Origin: Glaucostegus cemiculus
Taxonomy: Eukaryota
Length of the DNA stretch: 64,000 nt
Assembly: GCA_976551045.1 (NCBI GenBank)
Contig: CDPCPM010000021.1
Span: forward strand, 1,736,001-1,800,000
Reading direction: 5' to 3'
A model generated the notes under the pieces. It saw nothing but the letters and a program-made list of their open reading frames with translations, did no database searches and was not told the origin of the DNA. Both the position numbers and the translations under genes were made by a program. Each line of letters opens with the position of its first letter. Within the stretch, counting starts at the first letter, position 1. Below are positions 11,633 to 25,000 of this stretch, piece after piece.

Positions 11633-14600
11633 GTAGGGGAGGTGCGCTGCCACGTGTACTTGCCCTGGAGGCACAGACACAGATTAGTGCATTAAGTTGG
11701 AAAAGTCAAAAATGACTCGAGCCATGCTATTATTATGAACCAAATCAAAAGCTGTGTGCCACTGGAAGTTTGAATTTTTTGCTACCCTCTTATTTACCGC
11801 ACATCTGCTGTAATTGCTGTTTGCTGTGGCTTCAAACTGTCTGCCACGAAGCAGGTGCTGAGAAACGTGGATGCCTCGAGAAAAAACCCACTGAATACCA
11901 TTCCAGAGGAGGTGAAATAATCCACTGCCTGGACTCCTCTTCTTCCTATCTTTAATACATTGATTGTCTCAGAATGCCTTGCTTAAACTTTTTGATCTTG
12001 CTCTTTTCAAAAATGCACGCTACACAGTAGCTAAAGGTTTTGTAAACAGACAAGCTGTGTGTAAGCTACATACTCAAATGATAAGCCCTGATACATTCTG
12101 CCATTTTGCTTTCCACCCACCTTTTATCCTTCTCCTCCCTTGAAAGTTGGTCTTTGTCTCCAGTGTTCCTAGACTTGCTTTCAGGTCTGCCTTTTCCTAC
12201 AGAGTAGTCACTGCATATCTAGAAGAAGTCACCGTGAATCAGCCTGTTAAAGTGGTCAGACAGACATAAACTAGAAGATTATAGGTGCAGAAAATAAGAG
12301 ACGCAGGCAGTCTGAAAGCTGTCATTTTAATAGCCTTTCTGTGGTTGCTACAGCTGTGAGAGATGCTGCCTAGCGTGATTTCTAGGAGCTGGGAATTACT
12401 AACCCCAGTGAACAAGTCCTGTGTCCTTTTTTTAAAGAAGCAAAAGTGTTTTTTTTTACAAGCTTCACACCCTCCAGCTGCTTGACATCCTGTCTCTGTT
12501 CATTCACTAGGAGATTCCATTCTCCTGCCTTCTCCTGCAATTTTTTTTTGTCCATCCTCCTTATTTAGCAGTAATTCTCAGCCTTTGACCGCTTTTCTAT
12601 GTTGGGAGTTTCCAATTCTTTGCAAACAAAAGGGGATATTTTAAAACATGAAAGGAAGAGGATATGGAGATGTCCACTTTAACGATTACATGCCTCCCTT
12701 AGGTCCAGATACCCAAAGCATGTTCAATTAACTTTTCTTCCAACAGCAGTTTTAGTAGGAATGCGCTGCTCTAGTCACTCATCTTGTCTTGATCTGCACT
12801 TTACCTACATCTCTTTGCTGATTTTTAACTTCTTATTTCCAAGTTGATTTCAAATGTTTTTTGAACCCTCTCCTCTCCATGGTTCACAGAATACAAACTA
12901 AGATAACGCATGCTTCATCTTCAAAATGTGTTCTACTTGCTTCTTTCTGTCAGGCATTTCTGGCTATTTAATTTCTGATAATTTGGGGGGTAATTTTGTT
13001 TTTTTTCCAATTTCTGAACAATAGAGGAAAACCATTAAGATTGACTTTATAGCTGCTCTTGGAGGTACTTAACGTGATTGGCTATGGGCAAAAATAAATG
13101 TTTCTTGTGTATCTGGGAATAATACAAACAGTGGATTGTTCAGCAGATGTAGCTTTAAATAGGGCAATTGTCTGTTCGATGTTTACACCATTCTTCCGCA
13201 TTTCAGTTAATGTTAATTCATTGACTAATGTCCTTCCTGATCCTTGGTACCAAGGATGAGTGCAAATCTGACCCCAAGTAGATCAAGTGTGAGCTAATCC
13301 AAATGTAGTTGGTTTGATTAAATTGGGATAAAAATCAGCTTTGCTTGGTTTTGCCCTGGAGATGGTTTGATTTATTCATCTCATTAAAGGCTAGACATTG
13401 TGAAAACTGGAGCAACATTGATTCAGATTTGGCATACAGCTTGGGCTAGTGACTGTTTGTCGTTTAAAAAGGATTGTGTTCTTCAGAGCAGCTTAAAATG
13501 AAGCTTTAATCCAAGACTGGATCTTTGTCATGCACCTGTTCACGTATATTTTAATTTTCCAGAAGATGATGCAAAGTTCTTGGTGCTGCATCCAAGCAGT
13601 GAGCAAAAACTGTTATTATAAATCTCTTTGAATAGATTTGGAAACATACTGAAGAGTTGGATGTGCAGAATATTGTAGGGAGTGAACAAAGAATTCTTCA
13701 AAAGAGAGCACAGTTTAAAGCCAAGTAACAGTTGGAATTTATAATAAAATTATGAAATTCAGGAAGAAATTGCCAGTGTTGAACATGTTCAAAACAATTG
13801 TTAGGCTGCAGTTAGACTGTAGTCTTAGGATGTTCAGTTATAATCCATCAAAAGCAACGCTTTGTCTGTAGCTTGACAGATTATCCATTGGTAGTTGTTG
13901 GCAGGAACCTTAAGTGCCTCACCTGATGAAGTATGCAGTGTAATTCCACTGAGATCTATAACTGCTTTGACACAATTTGCAATAATTCCTCATTTGCTTT
14001 TTTTTTCTCCATAATATCCACTTCCTTGGTACCCTCAGCTCTATTTCTGTCCAAGATGCTCCCCGGTCAGGTGATCTACAAATTGATTTGGCCTAAATCT
14101 TTTAAAAAGAAATGGATTTCTGTTAGAGGAGAGAGACCAAGTTTGGTTTATCTTTGGTCATTTCTGATTTAAAAACAAATTGTTTTAATTGCATGAGATC
14201 ACAAATCCTTTGTTTATCTCAGCAATATTTTGTGTTATAATTCATAATGCCTTTACAATCTGTTACAATGTGCTGCTATACTTATTTCCAAGCTGGAGAG
14301 GAAGGTGATATTTTTGAATTGGACCATGCTTTGTTTTAAGTACAGAGTTGTCCAAAGTATGCATTTATTTTTACCTAACTGCCAATTAGAGGTTTTGAGA
14401 AACCTTGTGACAGACACAGATCTCTCCGTCTAATCTCTCTTTTAGTCAGCTTTACAGCTGCTAAGAAAGCCAAAGGTGAATAAACATTTAAGTTCTTTTA
14501 TGCCCTAAAAATTATAGGGTGTGTGGAGTACAAACTTCAATGGTAGCCAAGATAGGAAACCAAGCTATCACGGTTTAAAAAAACCCACTAATCCAAAGAT

Positions 14601-14749
14601 GATAATGGTGTTCATCTAAGAATTATTTTTGATTAAGATTGTGACAAGCTAGAAATTAGTCTTGTACATGCATTCAGCACAGAGCTGTTAAGTGGTGTTA
14701 GATCAGGTCAAACAACATTGATGCTACTGTTCTGGGACTATTTGAAGAG

Positions 14750-15085
14750 ACTGCCTTCTATCTGTATTGACAGTGTTGCATATTCAAAGACGTTCTTTCA
14801 GATGATACATCAGACTGAGATTCCATCTGCTCAGTTGGGTGGACATGAAAATTCCACGCCACTACACAAAGCTTAGTAGTGGAGTTATTCCTGGTGTTCT
14901 GGTGAATATTTATCACTCAACCAACGTCCTGCGGGATTGATTGCAATGCTGTTGTGGAATTTGGCAGTGTTTTAAATGCTTCTGCATTTCCCTATCTTGC
15001 AACTGTAACTATGTTCCCAAAACAGACTGTAAAGTGCATTAAGACATCAAAGTTGTAGAGGGCACTTTATAAATGTAAGTTACTC
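14750..15085 (+). mobile_element. DeuSINE/SacSINE1-like SINE, diverged
   Basis: Core GGTGTTCTGGTGAATATTTATCACTCAACCAAC and tail CTGTAAAGTGC...TATAAATGTAAGT are shared with copies at 32.3, 39.5 and 63.0 kb. Confidence 0.7.
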
Positions 15086-16490
15086 CCACAATCACAGGAA
15101 ATCTAAAAGCTTGCTGAGTATTAAAAGTTTAAAACAGAACTATGATACTCTGAAGTATAGTTTCTGCATATTTTAGGACAGATGAGGCTGCCCATGTTCA
15201 ATTTACATTTAAGTGAGGTCAATGAACAAACCTTTGTACCCTGTCAAGTACTCACAACAATGTGCTGAATGGTGTCATAGGTACTACAACTGCATTTTCA
15301 CCTTTTGAGGGCTTCTGGTAGACTTGGATTGTTAAATAACATTTAAGAGAACAAATTACTTTCTGATGATTTTACTTAGTAAGTTCAGTCACCCGATGTA
15401 AGAACAAGTACCAAAGGAAATGCCAGTTGGATTCGTCATTTAATTTGTCATGTTGTGCTTGTCATTTGGGACTTTTTATTTAATAAGTCTGTCCAATCAG
15501 TGCTAAGAATAAGTAGTTACTGTATTGAACCTAGTGACACTGCATTTGCATTTTTTCATTCCTGAGTCTTACTGAACTCGTTCACCCCTGCTGTGCTCAC
15601 GAGATATGGATCTTTCACACTGAAGACAATAGAACTAGTGTAGTGCTTTGTATAATATTAAGCATAATGTAGCCTTTTTAGAACAGGCTTTAATAGGGGT
15701 AAATGGGAATACTGCTCTAATTATTTCACTGTGTGGGTGAACTTTAAGACATACAAAATGATGTGTATAATTCACCTGTGACCATTCAATAAGAGATTTC
15801 ACTCGCGGACTATTTATCCTGTGAATATTATCAAGATCGTTTTGGGTAAACTATTTGCCTTGTCTAATGAGAGGAAAGGAACAAGATGAACATCACTTAT
15901 TAATCAATATGCTTCAGCAGCATGGTTTCACTATTTAACATGTCAACAAAGATTTTTCAAATCATAGGGTCAGTATCTTTTCCACACATTGCCCTCAGTG
16001 CAGCTAAAACCTAGCAGAAATTACCCAAGTTAACAATTCCTTAGAGGTGTTTTGTCTTAAAGGTTCTTTTACTGGGAATTACGGTTTCAACTTGATGACG
16101 AGCACCCAAGATGATTCTTTTCCGATAGTGGAACTTAATAAAAGGCATGAAACCTCCTGGAGACTGGAGTGTGAGGAAGGGAAAAAAAATTCTGCTCAAA
16201 GTTCCATGTAGTCAGAATGTGGTGATTCCAGAAAGATAAAAATGTATTGATGTATTGTTAAGGGAAACTAACTACATTTTTCAGTGGAAATAAATGTGAC
16301 CTGCATTGTAACATGCCAGTGGCAAAGCTACTATAAACATGTAAAAGGAAGAGTCCATCATAGATATCCATTATTTTGAAATACTTCAGATTCTGTTTTT
16401 ATTTTACCTAACTGCAAATGTTAAGTAATTGGTCCTAGTAACAGTCACTCATTGATCCGGCTATTGGACTAAACTGAATGATTAACTGAG

Positions 16491-16551
16491 TGAATGGAGG
16501 AGCAGATTTGATGGGTCAAATGGCCTGATTCTGCTCCTATATCTTATGGTC
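16491..16551 (+). mobile_element. CR1-type 3' tail fragment
   Basis: TGAATGGAGGAGCAGATTTGATGGGTCAAATGGCCTGATTCTGCTCCTATATCTTATGGTC resembles the tails of other CR1 copies in the window. Confidence 0.7.
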
Positions 16552-16614
16552 CAACTGTTGAAAGATAGCAACTTTCTGCAGGAGGTGAGTCAAAAGTTAT
16601 TAACTCCAACCAAA

Positions 16615-16717
16615 CAGCTGCTAGTTCATGAGAGGTAATGTACTAACATCAGCTGCTAACATCATTAGCTGCTATATCATCAGCTGCTAGTTCATGAGAG
16701 GTAATGTACTAACATCA
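16615..16717 (+). repeat. Perfect 37-bp direct repeat with a 29-bp patchwork spacer
   Basis: CAGCTGCTAGTTCATGAGAGGTAATGTACTAACATCA at 16615-16651 and 16681-16717. Confidence 0.95.
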
Positions 16718-16894
16718 AGAACTCATCCAAAAGTAGTTTCACTCCAAATTAAGTGACTAGTTTCTTTGGTGATAAGATTATTTCATATGAAAGTGTTGCT
16801 AAGTGACCACCATAAAGATTTATTTTATCCTATCTGTTTATTTAATCATTCTTTAACCTTCTACCAAAAGTCAGATGTGATGATCTTTGCTGAC

Positions 16895-17610
16895 TCTGCA
16901 GTGCCCAATTCCATTTGCACATTCATACACCTGCAGGCAACAAGACTTGGGAAATCCTTGGGTAGGAGCTGATGGGGGCAAAGTAATTTTCACACCACAA
17001 AGGCAGGGGAATGGTTGTCTCCAACAGAAGAGAGGCTCATCTCAACCCTCGGCATTCAGTGATGCGAACATTCTTGGAGTTACCATTGACTCAACTGGAC
17101 CCATCACATAAATACTGGGTGATGAGAGTAAATCAACGGTTGGGTATTCTGCAGAAAAATGACTCCGTTCCTGATGCCCCAAAACCACGTCATCAAAGAA
17201 GGTACAATCAGGAGTGTAAAGGAATATTCTCGCCTACCTGGATGAGCCTTGACACCATCCAGGACAATGAACCCTAATTTATTAACCCCAACTGGGTGCA
17301 CAGTGGTTACAGTGTATGGAATCTACAAAATGCACTGCAGTTAGTTGTCTAAGCTCTAGCATCAAAACAGAGAGGGTGGTAGATGTATAGGAACATTACC
17401 ACCTGCACCTTCTCCTTCAAATCAAATATTATCTTGACTTGGAACAACCTCACCCTTTCTTAGTCATTTCTGGGTCAAAATCCTGCTACTCCCCACCCTG
17501 ACAGTATTGGAGAACTAATACAACCATCCAAGAAAGTAGTTCACCAACCCATTCAAGGGCAATTGATGGTGTGCAATAAATTAAAGCCAGATTCTGGAAA
17601 AAGATGAATA
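16895..17610 (+). mobile_element. Decayed non-LTR retrotransposon (CR1/L2 clade), RT C-terminal region and tail
   Basis: Remnant peptides QQDLGN..WVGAD..KVIF.P and NILGVTID; homologous to 61870-62560. Confidence 0.7.
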
Positions 17611-19239
17611 ATTAATAATAAAATCTTCAGGGATTTCATGTACCTGAAGATGAGGGGTACTGGAAGATCAGTTGAAAGCTGTATTTTGTTTCAAAGGAAA
17701 CATTGTGGATTATGAATGCAGTAGTAATGATCAGCTTGTCCATTCATGCCAAGGTTCCTGTGCGAGTCTGCGCAAAAGCTGTCTCTTCAACGTATGCCTA
17801 TCACTGCATCACAAGTACAGTACAGAATCTCAAACACACCTTCAAATGCACATCTAACTGAACTGAGGGTAAAGCTCTTCACCGTCAGCAAGGGAGAGAG
17901 GAATTATAGATTGTGTTATCAATGAGTACCTCTTGATCCAGAACACTAACCTTTTGAGTAGTCTAATGGTAACAGTTGTCGTTCTACAAATAATACATAC
18001 CTCTTGGTAAAATAAACATAGTTTTAAGTAAAGTACCATCTAAGCCATGCAAGGCAAACCATAAAGAATTGTAAATTGGCTGGGTATATTATGTCATTGT
18101 TCATTTAATTATTAAAAAAATCCCCACCCTATTAACTTGCCCACAGGTAAAATAATGATAGTTCAAAAAAAGACAAGTGAGGGTTTTATGATGGTTAATT
18201 ATTTTAACAGTTGGAAATGAAGCAAAACTTTAAACTGTGTTGCAACTTGCTCCAGAAAATTAGAAAGCAGTTCACATGGAACAGAACATGTTTAATAGCA
18301 AATAAATGACTTTAGAATACAGTTTCAGCAAGTACTTACTGAGCTAAGGGCAGCTTATTGGCATCCATCACTGGCTCGCAATTGCAAGATTAAATTACAG
18401 ACAGGCTTGTAAGGTTGCCAGGAAATGCTTGTGTTCAGTGTACAGTAATTACCAACATTACCTCTAATAAATGTGATATGATAACATCAGGATTCAACTA
18501 AGGTCTTAAATGGTCTAATTCCAAAGCCATTCTCAAAAAGATCTTGGACTAAGAAGCATTTGTACAAAGAAGCAAGTGGTATTACCAGAAAAACGTACAG
18601 AATGTACACTCTCTCTTTTTTCAAAGAGTACTTCTGTCACAACATCTGCACCACGGGGTTTTCAATAACTGAAGGTCAGCAAACCTTAACTTGAATTAAT
18701 AATGTAAAATTGATCGTAATTTTTTTTAACTCAACTACTCTATTGTATTCAGGTTATTATAACACAGAATCATTAATGAAAGACTACAATTAAATCAAAA
18801 TTGCTCATTTAACAGAGCTTTCCATTCAATGTAAAGACACTAAATCAGCAAAGCAGGTTAGTACTCCAACTAATATTTCATTATTATACTAAGAACATTT
18901 TTAGGTAAGCAAACAAAACTAAAGAGGACAATGAGTCCACTGTAATGTGGCTATGATCTAATGTCTGTGGGACTTGGGGCTAACCATATACGACAGCAGA
19001 GAAAGCTGACTATTACTGCACTCAGCGAGTATAGAATACTTAAAGATGGCTTTTATGCATCACTCATTCATTCTGTGACTTGCACAGGACATTTGAAATT
19101 TACATACAAGGATCCACATCATCCATAAAGTGAATGAATGCCAGGTGATGCATTAAGGTGGATGTTTTTTTTTAAACTGAAAACATTTTCCACACTCCCT
19201 CAGCAGCTGAAAATTCTTAAAGACAACTTGACTAAAGAG

Positions 19240-19440
19240 GTTGCCTTTGAATCAGAAGCTGCTAGATTCTAAATTTTGTGGACTCGAGAGCACAAACCAA
19301 AGGTGACATGGTGCAGTACTGCAGAGGGGCTGCATTATCAAAGATGTATTTGTGTAGAGTAGACTATAAACCAGTGTTCTCTTCCTATGCAAGTGAGCAA
19401 CCCTATTGCACTACCTCTGAGACTTCTTAACCAACAGCAG
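19240..19440 (+). mobile_element. DeuSINE/SacSINE1-like 5' fragment, highly diverged
   Basis: GCCTTTGAATCAGAAG...GTGCAGTACTGCAGAGGGGCTGCATTATCAAAGATG resembles the head of this SINE family. Confidence 0.45.
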
Positions 19441-21239
19441 CAAAAAGAGCTAACTTCATTCTTTGTTCTTTGGTTCAGTTTACCCTGCTAGCTGCTCTGT
19501 TTTGAGCTGCAATTCACTGCAATTCTGGGTTTCCTTAACCAAGTTTATTTTTTAGTAGTCGAAAGCTGGAATTTTCTTAAGGCTGCAGATGTTAGACAAA
19601 AGGGCTTATGATGAGATCAATTGACACATTTTGGATAGGACTAACCAGCAGTGTAACATTATGGAACTGAGGCACAGTACCCTCCTTTTCTAATTGGATG
19701 GTGAAGCACACTTGAGGGACTGAATTGTTTGTTCCTCTTCTCATAATCTTAAAGTTGAAAGAGTGGTGAAAAATTATATGGTGCAAAGTAAAATGAATAG
19801 CCTCAGATCCTCTCCAGGCAAAAATAACTCAAAATAACCCGACAAAATTTGTATGGTTGCTTTCAGTTAACAGGGAAAGTTTGGTAAATAGGATGATTGA
19901 ATGTTCACCAGTATGTAATTTTAAATCTAACTGGAAGAACAGATTTAGTTGACAAAACAGTGCAGTGCTTATCTAAAATTGGAAAGAAATGATTTGTGCC
20001 TATTTTATATCTTAGTTTGGTCAGTATGATCTGAACTAATCAGGGAGATGTCACAGTGGAAATAATTTACTGTGAAAAGTAAAGAAAATGAGTGCACGTG
20101 ATGTGCTTGGCTTAAAATAACTCTTCATTATCTGACAGACATAATTATCCAGTGACAGAACAGCAGAGTCTGACAACAGCAATATCTATTTAATTTACTG
20201 TCAAATCACAGGCACCAATTTGATCAGACATCTAAGTGAGGCTGCAAGCTCTGTCATACCACCACCAGAGTCTAGTGTCCTTCTACCTTGCTCTCCTAAT
20301 AATGGTATTTAAATTACAGACTTGTGGATGTTTCCCAGTCACAATAAAACCTCGGCATATTCTCCAGTCTCTCATTACAGTCTGTCTGTGCTGCAACAAC
20401 CCTCTCATCTTCCTTTCATACTCCTTTCCTTTAACAAATCAGATATACAAGGTGCCTCGGTAGAATAGCAACTTCTCTTTCCCTCTAAGCCAGTATGGCA
20501 GCATTGTACACGTCTTATTCCAATCAGATTTTTATTTCCTTTTGAAGAGATTTGAGGAGTACGTAACAAACTCAAAGCAGCTTCTGTAAATTGCTGGTGT
20601 ATTCCCTCATGACATTGCTGTATAATTACAGGGGCCCCAGTGGAGGCTGTTCGACTTCTAGTGGAGAGAACTATTCAATCTGTGTTGCTGCCATTGTCTC
20701 TCAGCGTGCAAGTCCTGTTACACTGTGCGTTTTGCCTTGAGCAACAGAGGACAAATTTCCACCCCCATATAGGATCACACACTACCCATAAATGGATATC
20801 AGTTTCTGTCTCTGACTCCAATAAAGGGTGTGGCTCTTGTCTCTTCCCCAAATTAGGCTTCGTATCTGTTACGTGCCTTCCTTTCAATTCAGTTAGATGT
20901 GTTACTACTGCCTTGATGCTATCTCCATGCTCTCCATCTTTTTCACCCACTTCATTGCCTTTGTCACTATCCTGTTGAGCTAGATAGACTTGGGAATTAA
21001 CGCAGCAGAGAGGATGCTTGTGCACATCTCTCTTTCTGTTCTGTTTTACCCCCTTGTGCTTTGTCCTGCTTATTCCCACACCATTTTCCCCAGCCGACTT
21101 CTTGCAGCATTCCCACTCTTTGGTGCAGTTGACTCGCATTGGGTGGATGTTCCCAACACACACGCAACTTGTTTATGGCAGAGAGGTGAGAGGGAAGTGA
21201 TTTAATTTAATTTAACCTGCCATATTTAATTTAATTTAA

Positions 21240-21393
21240 ACTTCTGTAGTTTTTAATGTTTTTTTTGTTCAGTGTGTCTGTGTCTCTGCTGTTTGTTATT
21301 TAATGGGACGAGCACCTGAGGAGGATGGTATCTCGCTCCTATGCATACTATGTATGTATATGGTTGTGACAATAAAACTGATTCTGATTCTGA
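21240..21393 (+). mobile_element. LINE 3' tail ending in AATAAA plus (ATTCTG)n
   Basis: ...TGTATATGGTTGTGACAATAAAACTGATTCTGATTCTGA; preceded by (TTTAA)n low-complexity sequence. Confidence 0.5.
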
Positions 21394-21707
21394 TGAGAGG
21401 ATGGCATGGTTACTGTTCACCGGTTCCTTTTCTACAGCAGTGATATCCTCCCAAGAACTTTAGCCTTGATGAAAAGCCTCATACAGTCTTGATTCTGCTG
21501 CATACCTGGAGTTCAGGGTGTCCTCTCCTACTTTTGCCAAAGATTCAAGTAGGAAAAGAAGTGTTGTTGTTGATTGAATATTTTAGTGGGGATATAGTAG
21601 ACTGAGTAAAGAGCTACCATGGCTATATATTTTCTTGTTGCAGTATGACTGAATATGTATGAGAGGGTGTAGGACAGTTTTACGATAGAGGTACAACAGA
21701 ATACCTC

Positions 21708-22050
21708 ATCAGATCAGATCTTTATTAGTCACGTATATCAAAACACACAGTGAAATGCATCTTTTACTTAGAGTGTTATGGGGGGGGCAGCCCGCAAGCG
21801 TGGCCACGCTTCCGGCGCCAACATAGCATGCCCACAACTTCCTAACCTGTACATCTTCAGAATGTGGGAGGAAACCGGAGCACCCGGAGGAAACCCGGAG
21901 GAACAGACATGGGGAGAACATATAAACTCCTTACACCCGGAGGAAACCCACACAGACACAGGGAGAACATATAAACTCCTTACAGAGGAGGCCAGAATTG
22001 AACCTGGGTCTCTGGCGCTGCAAAGTGTTATGTTAACCACTACGCTATGT
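21708..22050 (-). mobile_element. tRNA-derived V-SINE/HE1-like SINE with an internal tandem duplication
   Basis: Antisense V-domain core TGTGGGAGGAAACCGGAGCACCCGGAGGAAACCC; tRNA-like head at the right end; (GATCA)n tail at the left end; GGGAGAACATATAAACTCCTTACA occurs twice. Confidence 0.9.
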
Positions 22051-25000
22051 AAAGTGAAACAGTGAAGAATCAGGTAGAAAACCTGAAATGTTATTACTAT
22101 TGCCTTGGAAATGATTTGAAAAATTCTTGATACAGAAGGCAATTTTAAGTCTTGCAGTCACTTAGACCATTATGCTTTACAGCTTTCTAAAATGCAGTTA
22201 GAGCAGATTTAGTAACTCCCTGTTGAGTTTGGGGAAGATGTAGCCACATCATAACATTTCCAAAGCAGGAAGGGAAAATTGCACTCCCATAACCTTTCTA
22301 ATAAACCCTTCAAACCATTAACCGAGGTCATCTTTCATTTGAGTGATTGAAGCAGTGATCTTCATCAATTTTTAATTCTCTAGCATCCTGTAGAATTAAG
22401 TTCTGGTATTGTTTTACTCCAAAAGTTTTGGGTCACATGAGCAATTCAAAATTCCTTTGCCTTGAACTTAATAAAATGCTCCAGCCTCCTGCTCAGAAAA
22501 GTAATTTCCTTCCATCAAGTCACTATTCCTACTTCAGGGAAAGTAGAGCACAATAATTCTTGCCTGAACTTTTCCAATAGAAGTTGTTGCATTGACTTGC
22601 CAATTTTGCACCTGTTTTAGATTTGAACCTGAATTGAAGATGATCCATGCTGTATTGATTTGAACACTAGGGGAATAATTTGAGAATTCCTTGGTTTCAG
22701 ACTCCATTTAGTGTTAAGATTTCAGTGCATGCTTTCCCTCTTTTCTTTGAAAAAAAGACATATGCTTCTCAGTAAATTTAGGAAAGTAGCCCCTGGGTTT
22801 CTAGCCTTCCTTGAATAACTTGGATTCAGTTCAAATGTGCCCGTGTTCGACAGATCACTACAAAGTGCAGTGGTGGGTGTCTCTTATCAAAATATTGATT
22901 ATGTTGTAGTGCCAGATATTAGATGAAACCATTACTCTCCCCAAACAACGACTCCCATTCTAATTCTGGCTGTGCCAGGAGAAGGGTATGAGCTGATTCT
23001 GCAAGTTTCCAGCCAACTATGAGTGTGTACAGTTGGCCTCTGCTTGGGGTGAAAATGTACCAGTCCCATCTTAAAACCACCATAACCAGGAGTTGGCGAT
23101 CCACATGTTATCACTCTTAAATTCTTGCATAGTTCTTGTTTACCTGGCTTGGAAGGAAGTTACTGTAACCAGTTTCTACAAGGAAAGGACTTTCAGCCTC
23201 CAGAACTGCTCCTTCAAAAGGTCAATGAAAGAGATAGGTCCTGGAGAACAAATTTGGTTATATTTTTGAGAAATGCTTGCAAGAGATGAAGGTTCGAAAG
23301 GTTCTGAAGCAGAGTACTAACAGACACCTTCGTGGACTATGTTGGGGTAGGGAATGGATTATCCGGCTGTATTGAACAATGCAGGCGTGAGTAATATGCC
23401 CACAGCCTATCAATATCCACTGGTCCCTCAAATCTTGTGGGATGAGTACTGGTCATTATTGGAATAATGGGATGTTGAAATCTTCCACTGTATCATTGTG
23501 ACATTGACAATGGTGCTAATGTGTTGCAGCTGACTCTTAACTACCTTCTGAAATGTCTTGGAGCCAATAAGCGATGGAGAGTAAATTCTAGCCTTGCCAG
23601 TGGTTTCCCATCTTGTGAATAAATTTAAGAACTTTCAAAGCCGAAATGAGTAGGTTGCACCGGTTAGCCTCAACACCATCCATAAAGTGTGTTGCCCACA
23701 ACCAATACTGCTCCAGTGGCAACTACCATCTTGCAACCTAGAACTGTTTTGCTCAGGTTAATCAATAAACATGCTTGATTTACAATAATATGTCAGCCAT
23801 TTGGCCACTCCCTTTTGCTCCTTTCACTCGATTATGTTATTAATGTGTTGAAGTTTCAAATAAAAAGTTTGTTAAAGGTACAAGAGTCCAGTAAACCACT
23901 ATGATTGATGGGTCACTGGGCTAAATGCTACTGCAGAACAATGAGGCTTAGCACTTCTGAGTCAACTTGCCGTGTTTTAAATTTTACACCCATTAGCAGC
24001 TTTCTGTAATCATGTAGTTCCTGACCAGAATCACTGTTTAAGAACACATTGATTGTTTGCTGTGCAAACTGTAGGCATTACACACACATTATTTTATGCT
24101 CTTGATTGCATGTCACTTCACAATTGAATAATACATTAAACAATGTATGGTCACTTTTTAACCAGGAGCAAGTTCAATATTTACCACAGAAATTACATCC
24201 TAGAGAAAAAAATTGGAAGCAAATTTCAACTTTTCCCAAAGCTTAAATTTTCCAAATTCCCTACATTTCCCAAAGTTTAAATTTTGTCCTTGACACAGAA
24301 GATGTCATAATACACTTCAGCGAATGTTGAGTGTCACAATTGGTAATGGAATTAAAGTCAGCATTCCTGTACTAGGTGGTGATGTTACAGTGTTCTGTGC
24401 CAACAACAAGCCAATGATACGCCAAAGGTAAAAATAAATAATTGCTGACTTGTTTTTTGCTTTAGTATTGAAGTAGGCCTTGCATCTGGTGTATCAATTT
24501 TGTGAGGTGCTAGTTAACTGTAGACTGCATGGGGGATAATAATGGAACTCCCAAAACCTTGTTTTCATGAAACTTCCCGAAACAATTTCTATATTATGAA
24601 GTGTAATCAGAATACTTGAAGTTTGCTCGCACAATTGGAACCAGTTATCATACCCATCCTTGACCACATGGCTATTATACAGATTTTAGTGCCTTTGTTG
24701 CCACACCACATTGCTTTAGTCCAAATGTACTCTTTTTTTTACTTAATGGCTGCTTCTGAGTAAGTCCATTCTTGGGTGATAGAAGTCCGAACATGTCAGC
24801 CATGATTCATTAATTTGGAATGTGGCCAGGGCCTATGATAATCAAGGCATTAACTCAATTTGAGACATTTTTCTGGAAGCATTGTGCACATTGCATGTTT
24901 TCAGGTGGTTACTGTTATTATCACTGATTTAACACTCTTTCAACAGCCACAACTAGCAAAATCATTTTACCCTAAATGGTCCCGAACTTCAAACGTTTTA

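Noticed and set aside
16615-16717. 37-bp repeat / 29-bp spacer / repeat geometry reminiscent of a CRISPR unit
   Set aside because: Only two repeats, the spacer derives from the repeat itself, the context is vertebrate, and there are no cas-like ORFs.
20640-21205. Longest ORF cluster (162 aa on -, 112 aa on +)
   Set aside because: Low-complexity pyrimidine-rich sequence with no recognisable motif or convincing splice context.
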